Assembly (NCBI GenBank): GCA_963771005.1
Contig: CAVYRO010000002.1
Coordinates: 1,550,299-1,614,298 of the forward strand
Reading direction: 5' to 3'
Length of the DNA stretch: 64,000 nt
Source of the DNA: an uncultured Bacteroidales bacterium
GTDB lineage: Bacteria > Bacteroidota > Bacteroidia > Bacteroidales > GCA-2748055
The notes under the pieces were generated by a model. It saw only the letters and a program-made list of their open reading frames with translations. It ran no database searches and was not told where the DNA came from. Shown here one piece after another: positions 49,329 through 58,457 of this stretch; position 1 is the first letter of the stretch; every line of letters begins with the position of its first letter. The position numbers were made by a program, and so were the translations under genes.

Positions 49329-49925
49329 ATGAAAAAGTTACCGATTCTTATTATGCTGGCACTCATCGCAGTGTCACTGAATGCGCAGTATTCTGTTGGT
49401 GATAAGGTCCGCGATTTCAATCTCAAAGGCACCGACGGCAAAATGCATTCCATGAGTGAATTTAAGGACGCCAGGGGGTACATTATTACCTTCACCTGTA
49501 ACACATGTCCCTATGCAAAAAAATACGAAGACCGGATCATTTCCCTCAACAAGGATTTCGCCCCCATTGGATTCCCTGTTATTGCGATCAATTCCAATGA
49601 TGTAGCCCAGCAGCCCATGAATTCCATGAGCGAGATGAAGAAAAGGGCAAAGGACAAAGGTTATGAATTTCCGTACCTCCGCGATGACGACCAGTCTGTC
49701 GCGAAACAGTTCGGCGCTGTCCGCACCCCGGAGATCTATCTCGTCCTGAAAAAAGGAAATGATTTTTATGTAGCCTATACCGGAGCTATTGACGATAATG
49801 TCGATATGCCTGAGCAGGCAGACAAACATTTCGTTTCGCTGGCCATTCAGGATGTTGAGAAGGGAAAGAAGGTGGAAATTCCTGAGACCCGTGCTGTGGG
49901 ATGCTCGATTAAATGGAAGGAATAA
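49329..49925 (+). CDS. thioredoxin-fold (redoxin/AhpC-TSA-like) protein
   Basis: Signal peptide, then ITFTCNTCPYAKKYEDR (a CxxC motif) and VRTPEIYLV. Confidence 0.65.
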   Translation: MKKLPILIMLALIAVSLNAQYSVGDKVRDFNLKGTDGKMHSMSEFKDARGYIITFTCNTCPYAKKYEDRIISLNKDFAPIGFPVIAINSNDVAQQPMNSMSEMKKRAKDKGYEFPYLRDDDQSVAKQFGAVRTPEIYLVLKKGNDFYVAYTGAIDDNVDMPEQADKHFVSLAIQDVEKGKKVEIPETRAVGCSIKWKE

Positions 49926-49937
49926 GAGAATCGGAAG

Positions 49938-50171
49938 AATTTGGTGATATGGTGATATGGTGATATGGTGATTTGGTGAAGTGGAAGAGGAAGAGGAACA
50001 CAGATTTGACGGATTTGTGCGGATAATCACGGAGCTAATCTGTGATAATCTGTGTAATCTGTGGTTAAACTTCCTGAAACCACTTCAAACCATTTCAAAC
50101 CACTTCAAACCATCTCAAACTATCTCAAACCACTTCAAACCATTTCAAACCACTTCAAACCATCTCAAACC
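49938..50171. repeat. composite microsatellite block, inverted copy of 3533-3780
   Basis: (TGGTGATA/T)n, gaagaggaagaggaacac, aatctgtg units and (AAACCAYYTC)n, in the mirror order of the 3.5-kb copy. Confidence 0.8.
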
Positions 50172-50184
50172 TTCCCCCGAAAAA

Positions 50185-51408
50185 TTACCTGCTTGCAAGC
50201 TCCCCCTCCACAACCTCATCCGTAGCATTATGATCCCTGTAATCGAAATACAGGTTAAGGAATGCCGGCACACTCACTGAAGCAGCTTTGCAGGGAGAAT
50301 TGGTCAGAAAAACGATGCCTACGTTTTCATCCTGGCAGAGGGCAATCTCCGACTTGTACCCGTCCACATATCCTGCATGATAGGCGACATTGCGTCCCTT
50401 ATAGCCGATGATCCGCCAACCGATAGCGTACTGTTTGGAATCGACATGATCCCAGTAACGCAGGTATGTCCAGGGAAGGGGTGTCCTGATCTGTGGCATA
50501 AGTACCGAATCGAGAACATCATGAAAGGTAACTTTATCAAGAATGGCACAAAGGAAATGAGCCATATCAGAAATACTTGCATTTACGCCGGCAGCAGGAA
50601 GGCAATTATAGTACCTGTCATTCAGCGGAAGGGATTTGTATCCTCCTCCTGACAAGTAATGCGGATAGGCTTTATCCGGGTTGTCTCTGAAGGATATGAA
50701 ACCTGTGGAAGCATTGACCATACCGAAAGGCTGAAATACCTTTTCACTGATCAGGGTTCCAAAATCTTCGGAAGTTTCAATTGAGCTGATGGTATCGAAG
50801 AGGCTGAACATGACATTCTGGTAGCTGTAAATCTCGCCCGGAGGAGCTGACAGTGTAACCCGGGAGAGGCTGTCCATGATCACATTAAAAGGAATATGTT
50901 CCTCAACCAGGTTGTCATAGGCATGAGGAACAAGTCCGGAGGTATGGCTGAGAAGATTCCGTATGGTCAGATGATTTGTATTTACTGAATCTTTAAGTCT
51001 GAACCCGGGCAGGACATCCTTGACACCCTTATTCAGATCGAGGATTCCCTGGCTTGAGAGGATCCCGGCAAGTACTCCGGTCACAGTTTTTGAAACCGAA
51101 CCCAGTCTGAAAATCGTACTGGCGTCAACCGGATCATTTTCGCCTTCTTTTCTCACTCCGTAGCATCTGAGGAACGCGATCTGGCCCTTATAAATGACGG
51201 CAACGGCAGCACCTACCGTTCCGGAAAGCTCTATTTCGCGAGTTATCAGGCTGTCGTATTGCAAAAGCACAGGCCGGATCTCAGCCAGGATCTTTGCAGG
51301 CATCACCATATCCGCAACCTTCATTTCTTTGGAGTATGGCTGAAGTTTCAGCGCTACAGATGCCAATCCCGTGAATATCAACAGGAAAAAAAAGTATCTT
51401 CGTTTCAT
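50185..51408 (-). CDS. serine hydrolase (beta-lactamase/PBP4*-like, class C fold)
   Basis: FRLGSVSKTVTG is the SxxK motif and YSYQN is the YxN motif. The signal peptide starts at MKRRYFFFLL. Confidence 0.8.
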   Translation of the reverse strand: MKRRYFFFLLIFTGLASVALKLQPYSKEMKVADMVMPAKILAEIRPVLLQYDSLITREIELSGTVGAAVAVIYKGQIAFLRCYGVRKEGENDPVDASTIFRLGSVSKTVTGVLAGILSSQGILDLNKGVKDVLPGFRLKDSVNTNHLTIRNLLSHTSGLVPHAYDNLVEEHIPFNVIMDSLSRVTLSAPPGEIYSYQNVMFSLFDTISSIETSEDFGTLISEKVFQPFGMVNASTGFISFRDNPDKAYPHYLSGGGYKSLPLNDRYYNCLPAAGVNASISDMAHFLCAILDKVTFHDVLDSVLMPQIRTPLPWTYLRYWDHVDSKQYAIGWRIIGYKGRNVAYHAGYVDGYKSEIALCQDENVGIVFLTNSPCKAASVSVPAFLNLYFDYRDHNATDEVVEGELASR

Positions 51409-51583
51409 CAATCTTTCACCATTAATCTGTTTGAACAATGAAAACGGTCATTCATGTCCGTATTTCCTTGTTTTGTCACAAAAATAGAAATAAATGCAGA
51501 TAAATAACAGTTCTCACACTATTTACATCTTATTCATATTATAATTAAATACCATCGCAGAACCTGCCGGCATTTCATATCCG

Positions 51584-52570
51584 TCATTCATAAAAATCCT
51601 TTAATATGCCCTCCACAACCCGGTTTGTCCTTGAAGCTGCAATGGCGTCGGATGCGGATCTGCCCTTCCCCCTCAGCTCCTCTATGATGGATTCAATGAA
51701 GGGCTGCTGAATATTTTCCGGAAGGACATACGGATGCTCGCTCACTCCTGCCGGTGTACGAACTGTGACGGGCATATAACTGAAGCATGAAAGACAGATA
51801 GAACCCTCAGTCCCTTCGATCCGGATCAGGTCTGTGCTTCCTGGCCCGCTAACCGTGAAACACCATTGGCCGGAACCCACAATGCCATTCTCAAATTCAA
51901 ACAAGGCGGAAACATAATCTTCTGCAGGATAACGTCCTGCAAGATTACGGACCAATGCCCTTGTTTGTTTCACCGGACCGAACCAAAAATCGAGGATATC
52001 CCATTGATGAGGCGACATATCGGCAAAATAACCACCGCCCCCGATTTCCGGTATGAGATGCCACGACCGGCTTGTTTCGCTGAAATCATTCTCCCGCGGG
52101 GGAAGGAAAAGTTGTACCGATACGAACTTTACTTCCCCGATCACCTTTTTATCCAGGAGCTCCTTTACCAGCATGAACTGCGGAAGTTTTCTCCGGTAAA
52201 AAGCCACGAAGAGCGGTTGACCCGTTTCCTCTGAAACACGGATCATATCCAGGCACTGGGTATAATTCAGGGCCATCGGCTTTTCACAATAAACGGGCTT
52301 GCCTGCTTTGAGTGCACGTATGGTAAATTCAGCATGCGAATCGGGAGGTGTGGCCACATAGACGGCATTCACGCCAGGGTCGTTAATAAGGGCATCTGCA
52401 TCCGTGTACGAAACAGGTACGCCGTGCCTCCGGGCATAATCCTCCGCCTTACCCCGGTCACGCCGCATAACAGCCGCCAGACGTGAACCGGCTATTTTCT
52501 GAAATGCAGGTCCGCTTTTTACCTCGGTCACGTCACCGCAACCTATTATTCCCCAGGAAATGGTTTTCAT
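51584..52570 (-). CDS. Gfo/Idh/MocA-family oxidoreductase
   Basis: ISWGIIGCGDV is the Rossmann motif, and PVYCEKP is the EKP motif. Confidence 0.85.
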   Translation of the reverse strand: MKTISWGIIGCGDVTEVKSGPAFQKIAGSRLAAVMRRDRGKAEDYARRHGVPVSYTDADALINDPGVNAVYVATPPDSHAEFTIRALKAGKPVYCEKPMALNYTQCLDMIRVSEETGQPLFVAFYRRKLPQFMLVKELLDKKVIGEVKFVSVQLFLPPRENDFSETSRSWHLIPEIGGGGYFADMSPHQWDILDFWFGPVKQTRALVRNLAGRYPAEDYVSALFEFENGIVGSGQWCFTVSGPGSTDLIRIEGTEGSICLSCFSYMPVTVRTPAGVSEHPYVLPENIQQPFIESIIEELRGKGRSASDAIAASRTNRVVEGILKDFYE

Positions 52571-52687
52571 GTGTAATTATATTTTTGGTTAACAAAATAT
52601 TCGATGCGAAGTTTCACAAGCGGTACTTTCAAGAGGTTTACATCGACCGGTTCAACGTCCGAAGCAGATCCGCTCCAGTGCAATTAC

Positions 52688-52924
52688 CTGGTGGCTGAAA
52701 AATTACAACCTGAGGCAGGTGCAGTATAAGGCGATGACCGTTTTTTGAGACTGATGCATGCAGTAGTTACCGCCTACGAAAGCGATGAAGAAGACTATAC
52801 TCTTCCGGGTGCTCCCCTGGATGTGGAAAATTATAAGACCAGGATACGCAAAGCCCGGGAAAGGGTAAAAGCCGGTTATTATACTATACAGGAGGATCTG
52901 GAAAAGGAGATGGAGCAATGGTAA
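52688..52924 (+). pseudogene. decayed antitoxin gene (paralog of 58646-58909) with an in-frame TAA at 52727
   Basis: ..AEKLQPEAGAV*GDDRFLRLMHAVVTAYESDEEDYTLPG...AGYYTIQEDLEKEMEQW aligns in register with ..ALKKELHSYIEKADERFLKMVHALAKSYEDEEDIVGY...SGNYITQEDLEKEIKNW. Confidence 0.45.
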
Positions 52925-53240
52925 AGAAAAATTACAAGGTCATCTGGGAAGATGACGCCAAAGCTTCATTACGCAGGATCTACAATTATATTAAAAAGAA
53001 AGAATCTGTTGATCAGGCGATAAAAGTACGAATGAAATACGCGATCTGGCCAAAAGTCTTGGATTTATGCCCCACAAATATATCAAAGATCCTTTCTTAA
53101 AAGATGAGCTTGGGGATATCCGTTTTAAAGTGATCTGGAGTTACAAAATCGTTTATGAAATCACATCTGATGCCGTCATTATCCTTGATATTTTCCACAC
53201 CAGTCGAGATCCAGGTAACCTGAAGCAAATAAAAAAATAA
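52918..53240 (+). pseudogene. RelE/ParE-family toxin, frameshifted near 53041 (paralog of 58903-59220)
   Basis: MVKKNYKVIWEDDAKASLRRIYNYIKKKESVDQAIKV is followed, in the next frame, by NEIRDLAKSLGFMPHKYIKDPFLKDELGDIRFKVIWSYKIVYEITSDAVIILDIFHTSRDP. It shares the same ATGGTAA overlap with the antitoxin as the intact copy. Confidence 0.6.
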
Positions 53241-53341
53241 GTCCAGTAACACTCCCCTCCTCCAACCCTGCTGCAGTAGTTTTTTGTCATGCCTTTGGCA
53301 GTTGCCTGTTTGCGCCGCCCGGCAGCCGGGACCCCGAATCA

Positions 53342-56300
53342 TTGAACGAACAGATTCAGTATTTTGAAATGGGTCGTTTAAGGCAGGTGGTTCGTGTTAA
53401 GGGCAGCCCTACAGGTGATGATATGATCATGCCGGTGGAATATGATGTATTTGGAAGACAAAGCAAAAACTATTTACCTGTTTCGTATACCTATATTAAC
53501 CCGGGAAGTTATCTGAATAATTATACTGCCGCTCTGGATAACCTTTACAATGGAGGATTCAATATACCGGATGCGGAGGGTTACTACTATAGTGAAACTC
53601 AGTTTGACGGATCTCCCCTGAACCGGGTTGTCGCCCAGTCATCCCCCGGGGCCTCCTGGTCAATGTCAACGGGACACACCGTCGAATATTCGTATTCCAC
53701 GAACCAGGCAAGCACGATCCGTTTATGGTCCATGGACGGGAGTACGGCTACTAGTAACGGATGTTACACCGAAGGTGAATTATACGTAAACACGGTTACC
53801 GACGAGAATGGGAACCCGTCCCGGGTCTATATTGATAAAAAAGGAAGATTGATCGCTAAAGATGACACTCTCTCTGTCAACTATAGAACCTATTACGTCT
53901 ACGACTATTACGGAAGCCTGCGTTATATATTCCCCCCAAAAATGGCAAAGGATTTTGGTACCAGCGGGACCCTCCAATATACTCCTTCCACAACGCTGGT
54001 GGTTGGACTGGCTTTCTACTATCAGTACGACGATATGGGACGGGTTGTAATCGCCCAGGAACCTGGAGCCGGACAGAAATACCTGGTTTATGACCACAGG
54101 GACCGGCTTGTGGCCACTCAAAACGAAGAGGAGAGAAATGACTCAAAATGGTATTGCATAAAGTATGATGCATTGAACCGGCCGGTGATCGAGGGAACTA
54201 TAAATTCCAGTTATAGCCGTGAATCTTTACAGGCTACAGTCGATGCATATAATTTCAGTGAAGATTTTGAGACACTGAATCCTTCACAGGTTAATACATC
54301 GCCAGACTACGGCTACAATGATATTTCCTTTCCCATGGAAATAGAGCCATTAAAGATCTACTATTATGATGATTATTATGATTTTGGAACAAATTACAAT
54401 TACAAGACCAATGAGATGGCCGCTAGCGGCGATAAGTCGTACAAGCTAAAAAATGCGTTGACTGCCACCCGAACAAAAGTTCTTGACGGATCTCTTCCGG
54501 TAACCTGGCTGATCTCGGTTTCTTACTTTGATAATTATGGACGGTTGATTCAAAATATCTCCAACAATCACCTGGGGGGGTATGATATTGTCACCTCGGA
54601 ATACAAGAACACCATCAATAATAACATCACCAGGATCAAGCAGGAACATGGGATAAGCGGAACCACGGTGGATCATACCCTCATGTACCGCTACACGTAT
54701 GATCACACCGGGGGCCGGTTACTGGAATCCTATCTGACCTTTGACCAGGAGGATGAGATCATGCTCTCGGCCTTAAAATACAACAAACTGGGTCAGGTTG
54801 ACGAGAAATACCTGCATGGAGACCTGTCCACCAACAAGGCCATCCAGAAACTCGATTATATTTACAACATACGGGGTTGGCTGAAAAAGATCAATGATGC
54901 CTCGCTGAGCACTCCTGGAGATGTTTTTGGTATGGAACTGCTCTATGATGATTATATCTCAACGCTCGGTTCAAGTGGTGACAAGCAGTACAACGGGAAT
55001 ATTACCGCCATGAAATGGAACACCACTTTGCAAGGCGCCGGACTGGAAGGGTATGAATTCCGGTACGATGGTCTGAACCGGCTAACTTCGGCTAATTACG
55101 GTTACGGGACAAGTTTATCAAATTCCGGCAACCGGTACGGAGTATGGGGTATCACTTATGATGAAAACGGAAATATCCTTACCCTGAAACGAAACTCTGC
55201 AGGATCGCTTATGGATGATCTCACCTATCAGTACGACTCCAGCCTGCCAAACCGTCTTAAATCCGTTGAAGACGACGGGGATGTTAATACGGGATTCAAA
55301 AACCTTTACTCGTCGACAACGGAATATACTTACGACGAAAATGGAAGTATGATACGTGACTATAATAAAGTCAGTGGTTCATCCTATGCCTTGATCTCCT
55401 ATAACCATCACTTTAACCTTCCGGTAAGCGTAACGGTGGACACTAAAACGTTGAGTTATTCCTACGATGCCGGTGGCAAAAAACTAAGATTTAACAACGG
55501 GGATAGTCAGAATGTCGATTATATGAATAACTTTGTTTATGAAGATGGTTCTTTGTCATATATATTAACTTCTGAAGGCAGGATCGTCTATAACTCCGGC
55601 TCGCTCTCCTGGCAGTATTTTCTGAAAGATCACCTGGGCAATGTCAGGGTGGTAATCAATGAAAACCAGGATATCGTTCAGGTGACCGATTATTACCCCT
55701 TTGGTCTTTCCCGGCCGGTTATCGGTGATGGCACCCAGAAATACCTCTACAACGGGAAAGAAATTCAGGAATATGCCGATTGGTACGACTATGGTGCCAG
55801 GATGTATGACCCGGCGCTGGGGAGGTGGCATGTTGCAGATCCGTTGGCGATTAATAGACATAACCTTTCATCTTATAATTATTGTCGCAACAATCCAATT
55901 TTATTTATTGATCCTTTTGGGCTTTCAGACACCACTTATTCACAAGGAGATATAACTAAAAAAAATTATAATTTGCCTGGAGTCGTTCATAAATATGAAT
56001 ATGCATGGCTTAATCGATTTCATGGTGCTGGTGGTCAAGGAAATCCATTTGATGAGGAATTCTGGAGACATTTAGAAGAAGAATGGAGAAGAAATGGACA
56101 AAAAGCTGGTAAAAAAGCGGACAGGGAAAGAGAAGCTGCCATACTTATGCAGAACTGGCAAGATTATAAACACAATTATAATCAGCTTTGGGATATGATC
56201 AATCAAATTCAGAACAATACTGCAAATGTTGCCACAAACGGAGGGGGTGGATATACAATTGATATGCAAAGAATAGCCGAATCACCTGATGGAACTGTAA

Positions 56301-56695
56301 GTTCATTTACAGCATATGGCCCGACTCCTTTACAACCTGTTAGTGGTTATATATTAGAGCCTGGTGGGCCATCAACAACAACTAGAGGTCAAGACAAGAG
56401 AATTCCTGCTGGGACTTACAATGTAGACCCTCTTAGTAGCACAAGTCATCCTAATGTTTACAGAGTTTCAAATGGGCAAGTACCTGCTGACAGGTATATT
56501 TTAATACATACGGGAAATTATCCTTCAAATACTTTAGGTTGTCTTTTACCGGGAAGCTCGTACAGTATGGTAAATGGTAATTATGCAGTATGGAATAGTG
56601 GAACGACCCTTAATTCCTTGCGTTCTTTACTTGGTGGTAATAGTGCAACATTAAATATTTCTGACATTCCGATTTTTAATTTTAATAACTGGTAA
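53342..56695 (+). CDS. Rhs/YD-repeat toxin (DUF6443-type) lacking its normal N-terminus; C-terminal YkuD/L,D-transpeptidase-like (DUF5675-like) domain
   Basis: IQYFEMGRLRQV...PVEYDVFGRQSKNYLP is a DUF6443-type start motif. Many YD repeats follow (YxYDxxGRL/I). The RHS core end is YYPFGL...[22 protein letters not shown]...NNPILFIDPFGL at 55910-55924. The 256-aa CT contains IPAGTYNV...RYILIHTGNYPSNTLGCLLPG. An in-frame stop lies 21 codons upstream of the TTG at 53342. Confidence 0.85.
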   Translation: MNEQIQYFEMGRLRQVVRVKGSPTGDDMIMPVEYDVFGRQSKNYLPVSYTYINPGSYLNNYTAALDNLYNGGFNIPDAEGYYYSETQFDGSPLNRVVAQSSPGASWSMSTGHTVEYSYSTNQASTIRLWSMDGSTATSNGCYTEGELYVNTVTDENGNPSRVYIDKKGRLIAKDDTLSVNYRTYYVYDYYGSLRYIFPPKMAKDFGTSGTLQYTPSTTLVVGLAFYYQYDDMGRVVIAQEPGAGQKYLVYDHRDRLVATQNEEERNDSKWYCIKYDALNRPVIEGTINSSYSRESLQATVDAYNFSEDFETLNPSQVNTSPDYGYNDISFPMEIEPLKIYYYDDYYDFGTNYNYKTNEMAASGDKSYKLKNALTATRTKVLDGSLPVTWLISVSYFDNYGRLIQNISNNHLGGYDIVTSEYKNTINNNITRIKQEHGISGTTVDHTLMYRYTYDHTGGRLLESYLTFDQEDEIMLSALKYNKLGQVDEKYLHGDLSTNKAIQKLDYIYNIRGWLKKINDASLSTPGDVFGMELLYDDYISTLGSSGDKQYNGNITAMKWNTTLQGAGLEGYEFRYDGLNRLTSANYGYGTSLSNSGNRYGVWGITYDENGNILTLKRNSAGSLMDDLTYQYDSSLPNRLKSVEDDGDVNTGFKNLYSSTTEYTYDENGSMIRDYNKVSGSSYALISYNHHFNLPVSVTVDTKTLSYSYDAGGKKLRFNNGDSQNVDYMNNFVYEDGSLSYILTSEGRIVYNSGSLSWQYFLKDHLGNVRVVINENQDIVQVTDYYPFGLSRPVIGDGTQKYLYNGKEIQEYADWYDYGARMYDPALGRWHVADPLAINRHNLSSYNYCRNNPILFIDPFGLSDTTYSQGDITKKNYNLPGVVHKYEYAWLNRFHGAGGQGNPFDEEFWRHLEEEWRRNGQKAGKKADREREAAILMQNWQDYKHNYNQLWDMINQIQNNTANVATNGGGGYTIDMQRIAESPDGTVSSFTAYGPTPLQPVSGYILEPGGPSTTTRGQDKRIPAGTYNVDPLSSTSHPNVYRVSNGQVPADRYILIHTGNYPSNTLGCLLPGSSYSMVNGNYAVWNSGTTLNSLRSLLGGNSATLNISDIPIFNFNNW

Positions 56696-56706
56696 ACTGA
56701 ATTAAA

Positions 56707-57497
56707 ATGAAAAAAATATTATTTATAAGTTTAGTTTCAATATCATTTATACTAAACGGACAAAACTTATAGAAGAGAGTCTCTCAAAAGCAGATGGCGA
56801 AAAAGTTGAATTATCTGAGTTTAATAAAACAAATTACAATAAGGTTTGGATGAAAAATCAAGATGATGTTATAGGTTATATAGGAGATAATTATCAACGA
56901 ATATATATTCACTTAATATCTGTGATTAAAAATCAATTAGTAGATAATGAATACTTTGTATATGGGAAATCAAAGGTTAAAAGCAATGTATGTGATTTTC
57001 AAGGAAAGTTTACAATTACAGATGTGCGTGAATTTAACAAAACAGAGAGGGAAGCTTTATACAAAGAAGCATTAAAACATGGTGACCAAGAAGCTGCCAA
57101 TAAATTAGGGAAAGCACGAGGTTTTGTCTTAGCAGAATACTTTTTATTGGAAAATCCAGAACAAAAAGGGAGTGGCCTTTTTAAAGGAGTTGTAAAATCT
57201 TACTTCTATGTTGATGAAAAAGGCGAATTGTTTTTTGATGACCTAGATTTGGGTTCTAGTGATACTTATTGCAATAATCAATTTGTTGGTGTTTGGCAGA
57301 GTTATTATACTAGGGCGCAAAAACCATGTAATTGGGGGGCATATAGGATACCCAACTCAGGAGATTTAGATATTGGAGCCGGTGAGTTTTCTCCAAACAC
57401 GAAATACTTGGAGAAAGGATGGGATACTTATTATCTGGCATATAATAAATCGGAAAGTGAAGCCCGAAAAGAAGAAAAACTTGAATGGTGGAAATGA
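56707..57497 (+). pseudogene. candidate immunity protein for Rhs-CT1, exported (signal peptide), split by a 1-nt deletion in the A-run at 56761-56766
   Basis: MKKILFISLVSISFILNGQN* is followed in the -1 frame by KLIEESLSKADGEKVELSEFNKTNYNKVWMKNQDD.... It lies immediately downstream of the toxin stop. Confidence 0.45.
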
Positions 57498-57501
57498 TAC
57501 A

Positions 57502-57528
57502 GAAAAGCCCGAGCAATCGGGCTTTTTC
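57502..57528. terminator. bidirectional Rho-independent terminator
   Basis: gaaaagcccgagcaatcgggcttttt has a 6-bp GC stem flanked by an A-run and a T-run. It sits between convergent genes. Confidence 0.6.
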
Positions 57529-57529
57529 T

Positions 57530-57800
57530 TTATCTATTCTTCCATAACTCAGGGTCTCGGTTTGTATGCCATACGGCTGAAACAATTATGGTTTTATTTT
57601 TTTCGTCAATTGTAAAGTGAACCATAAATGGGAACAGGTTTAAAACAGCAGTTCTCACGCTGTTGTAACGGACATTTGAAGCTTTTGGGTTTAGCCTGAT
57701 AAAATGGACTTTTTCATGGACTTCTGCAGTAAATCTTTTACCAAGTCCTTTTTGTTGTTTGTTATACCACAGGGCAGCTTCCCGAATATCTTCTTTTACA
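57530..57800 (-). pseudogene. ParE/RelE-like toxin gene, 5' end displaced by the IS66 remnant; no cognate antitoxin
   Basis: ..TVKEDIREAALWYNKQQKGLGKRFTAEVHEKVHFIRLNPKASNVRYNSVRTAVLNLFPFMVHFTIDEKNKTIIVSAVWHTNRDP is a ParE pattern. Codons upstream of T41 are encoded by IS sequence. Confidence 0.5.
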
Positions 57801-57872
57801 GTAAGCCTTCGGCCATCTGCATCTTGATTTGATTTGTAATACCGTTTAGCTTTGCCCCCAAAGCATGAATTT

Positions 57873-58169
57873 ATGAAAAAGGAGCAAAGAGAACAACAGC
57901 GGGAGAAGATGTTTTCTCTCATTGAAAAATGGCAGCAAAGCGATCAACCCCAGAAAGACTTTTGCCAGGAACATGGAATTAAGCTTGCCACATTTTACTA
58001 TTGGCAGAAAAAACTCCGAAATCGTAACCATGAAAATCACTCGGGTTTTATACCCATGGAAATATCCTCGTCTGATTCCAGAATAGTCGAGATCCGATAC
58101 CCTAACGGAGTGATCGTTCAGTTGCCAGGACTTGACCTTAGACTCCTGAAGCAACTGGTCCATCTTTAA
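57873..58169 (+). CDS. IS66-family accessory protein TnpA (orf1)-like
   Basis: MKKEQREQQREKMFSLIEKWQQSDQPQKDFCQEHGIKLATFYYWQKKLR is typical of IS66 orf1. Confidence 0.6.
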   Translation: MKKEQREQQREKMFSLIEKWQQSDQPQKDFCQEHGIKLATFYYWQKKLRNRNHENHSGFIPMEISSSDSRIVEIRYPNGVIVQLPGLDLRLLKQLVHL

Positions 58170-58184
58170 ATGTAGCTTTTTCGT

Positions 58185-58457
58185 ATGTTTACCCTTACCT
58201 CATCCTACCGGTATTATTTTTATGCCTGTGCGACGGATATGCGAAAAGGCTTTGACGGATTATGTGGGCTGGTGCACCTAGAGCTGGGGCGCAGACCTGT
58301 AACCGGTGAAGTATTCGTCTTTGTAAACCGTCAGCGTGATAAGATCACCAATGTAGAGCCTTTTGCCTGGTTAAAAAAGGTTCTTACCCTGATCCCTGAT
58401 TACTCAATACAGAAACTGGAGGATCTGCTTCCGGGAAACCTCATTCTATCTGAATAG
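58185..58457 (+). pseudogene. IS66 TnpB (orf2) N-terminus fused to the C-terminal tail of the IS66 transposase (internal deletion)
   Basis: YRYYFYACATDMRKGFDGLCGLV...GEVFVFVNRQRDKI is TnpB-like. It is followed directly by TNVEPFAWLKKVLTLIPDYSIQKLEDLLPGN, a transposase C-terminus. Confidence 0.6.

Noticed and set aside
52703-53342. Minus-strand ORFs (71 aa and 81 aa) across the decayed TA module. One includes a peptide motif (GNCQRHDKKLLQQGWR) that recurs in 59187-59516.
   Set aside because: The recurring peptide is the antisense translation of the conserved 60-nt noncoding motif. The plus-strand TA homology explains the rest of the region.
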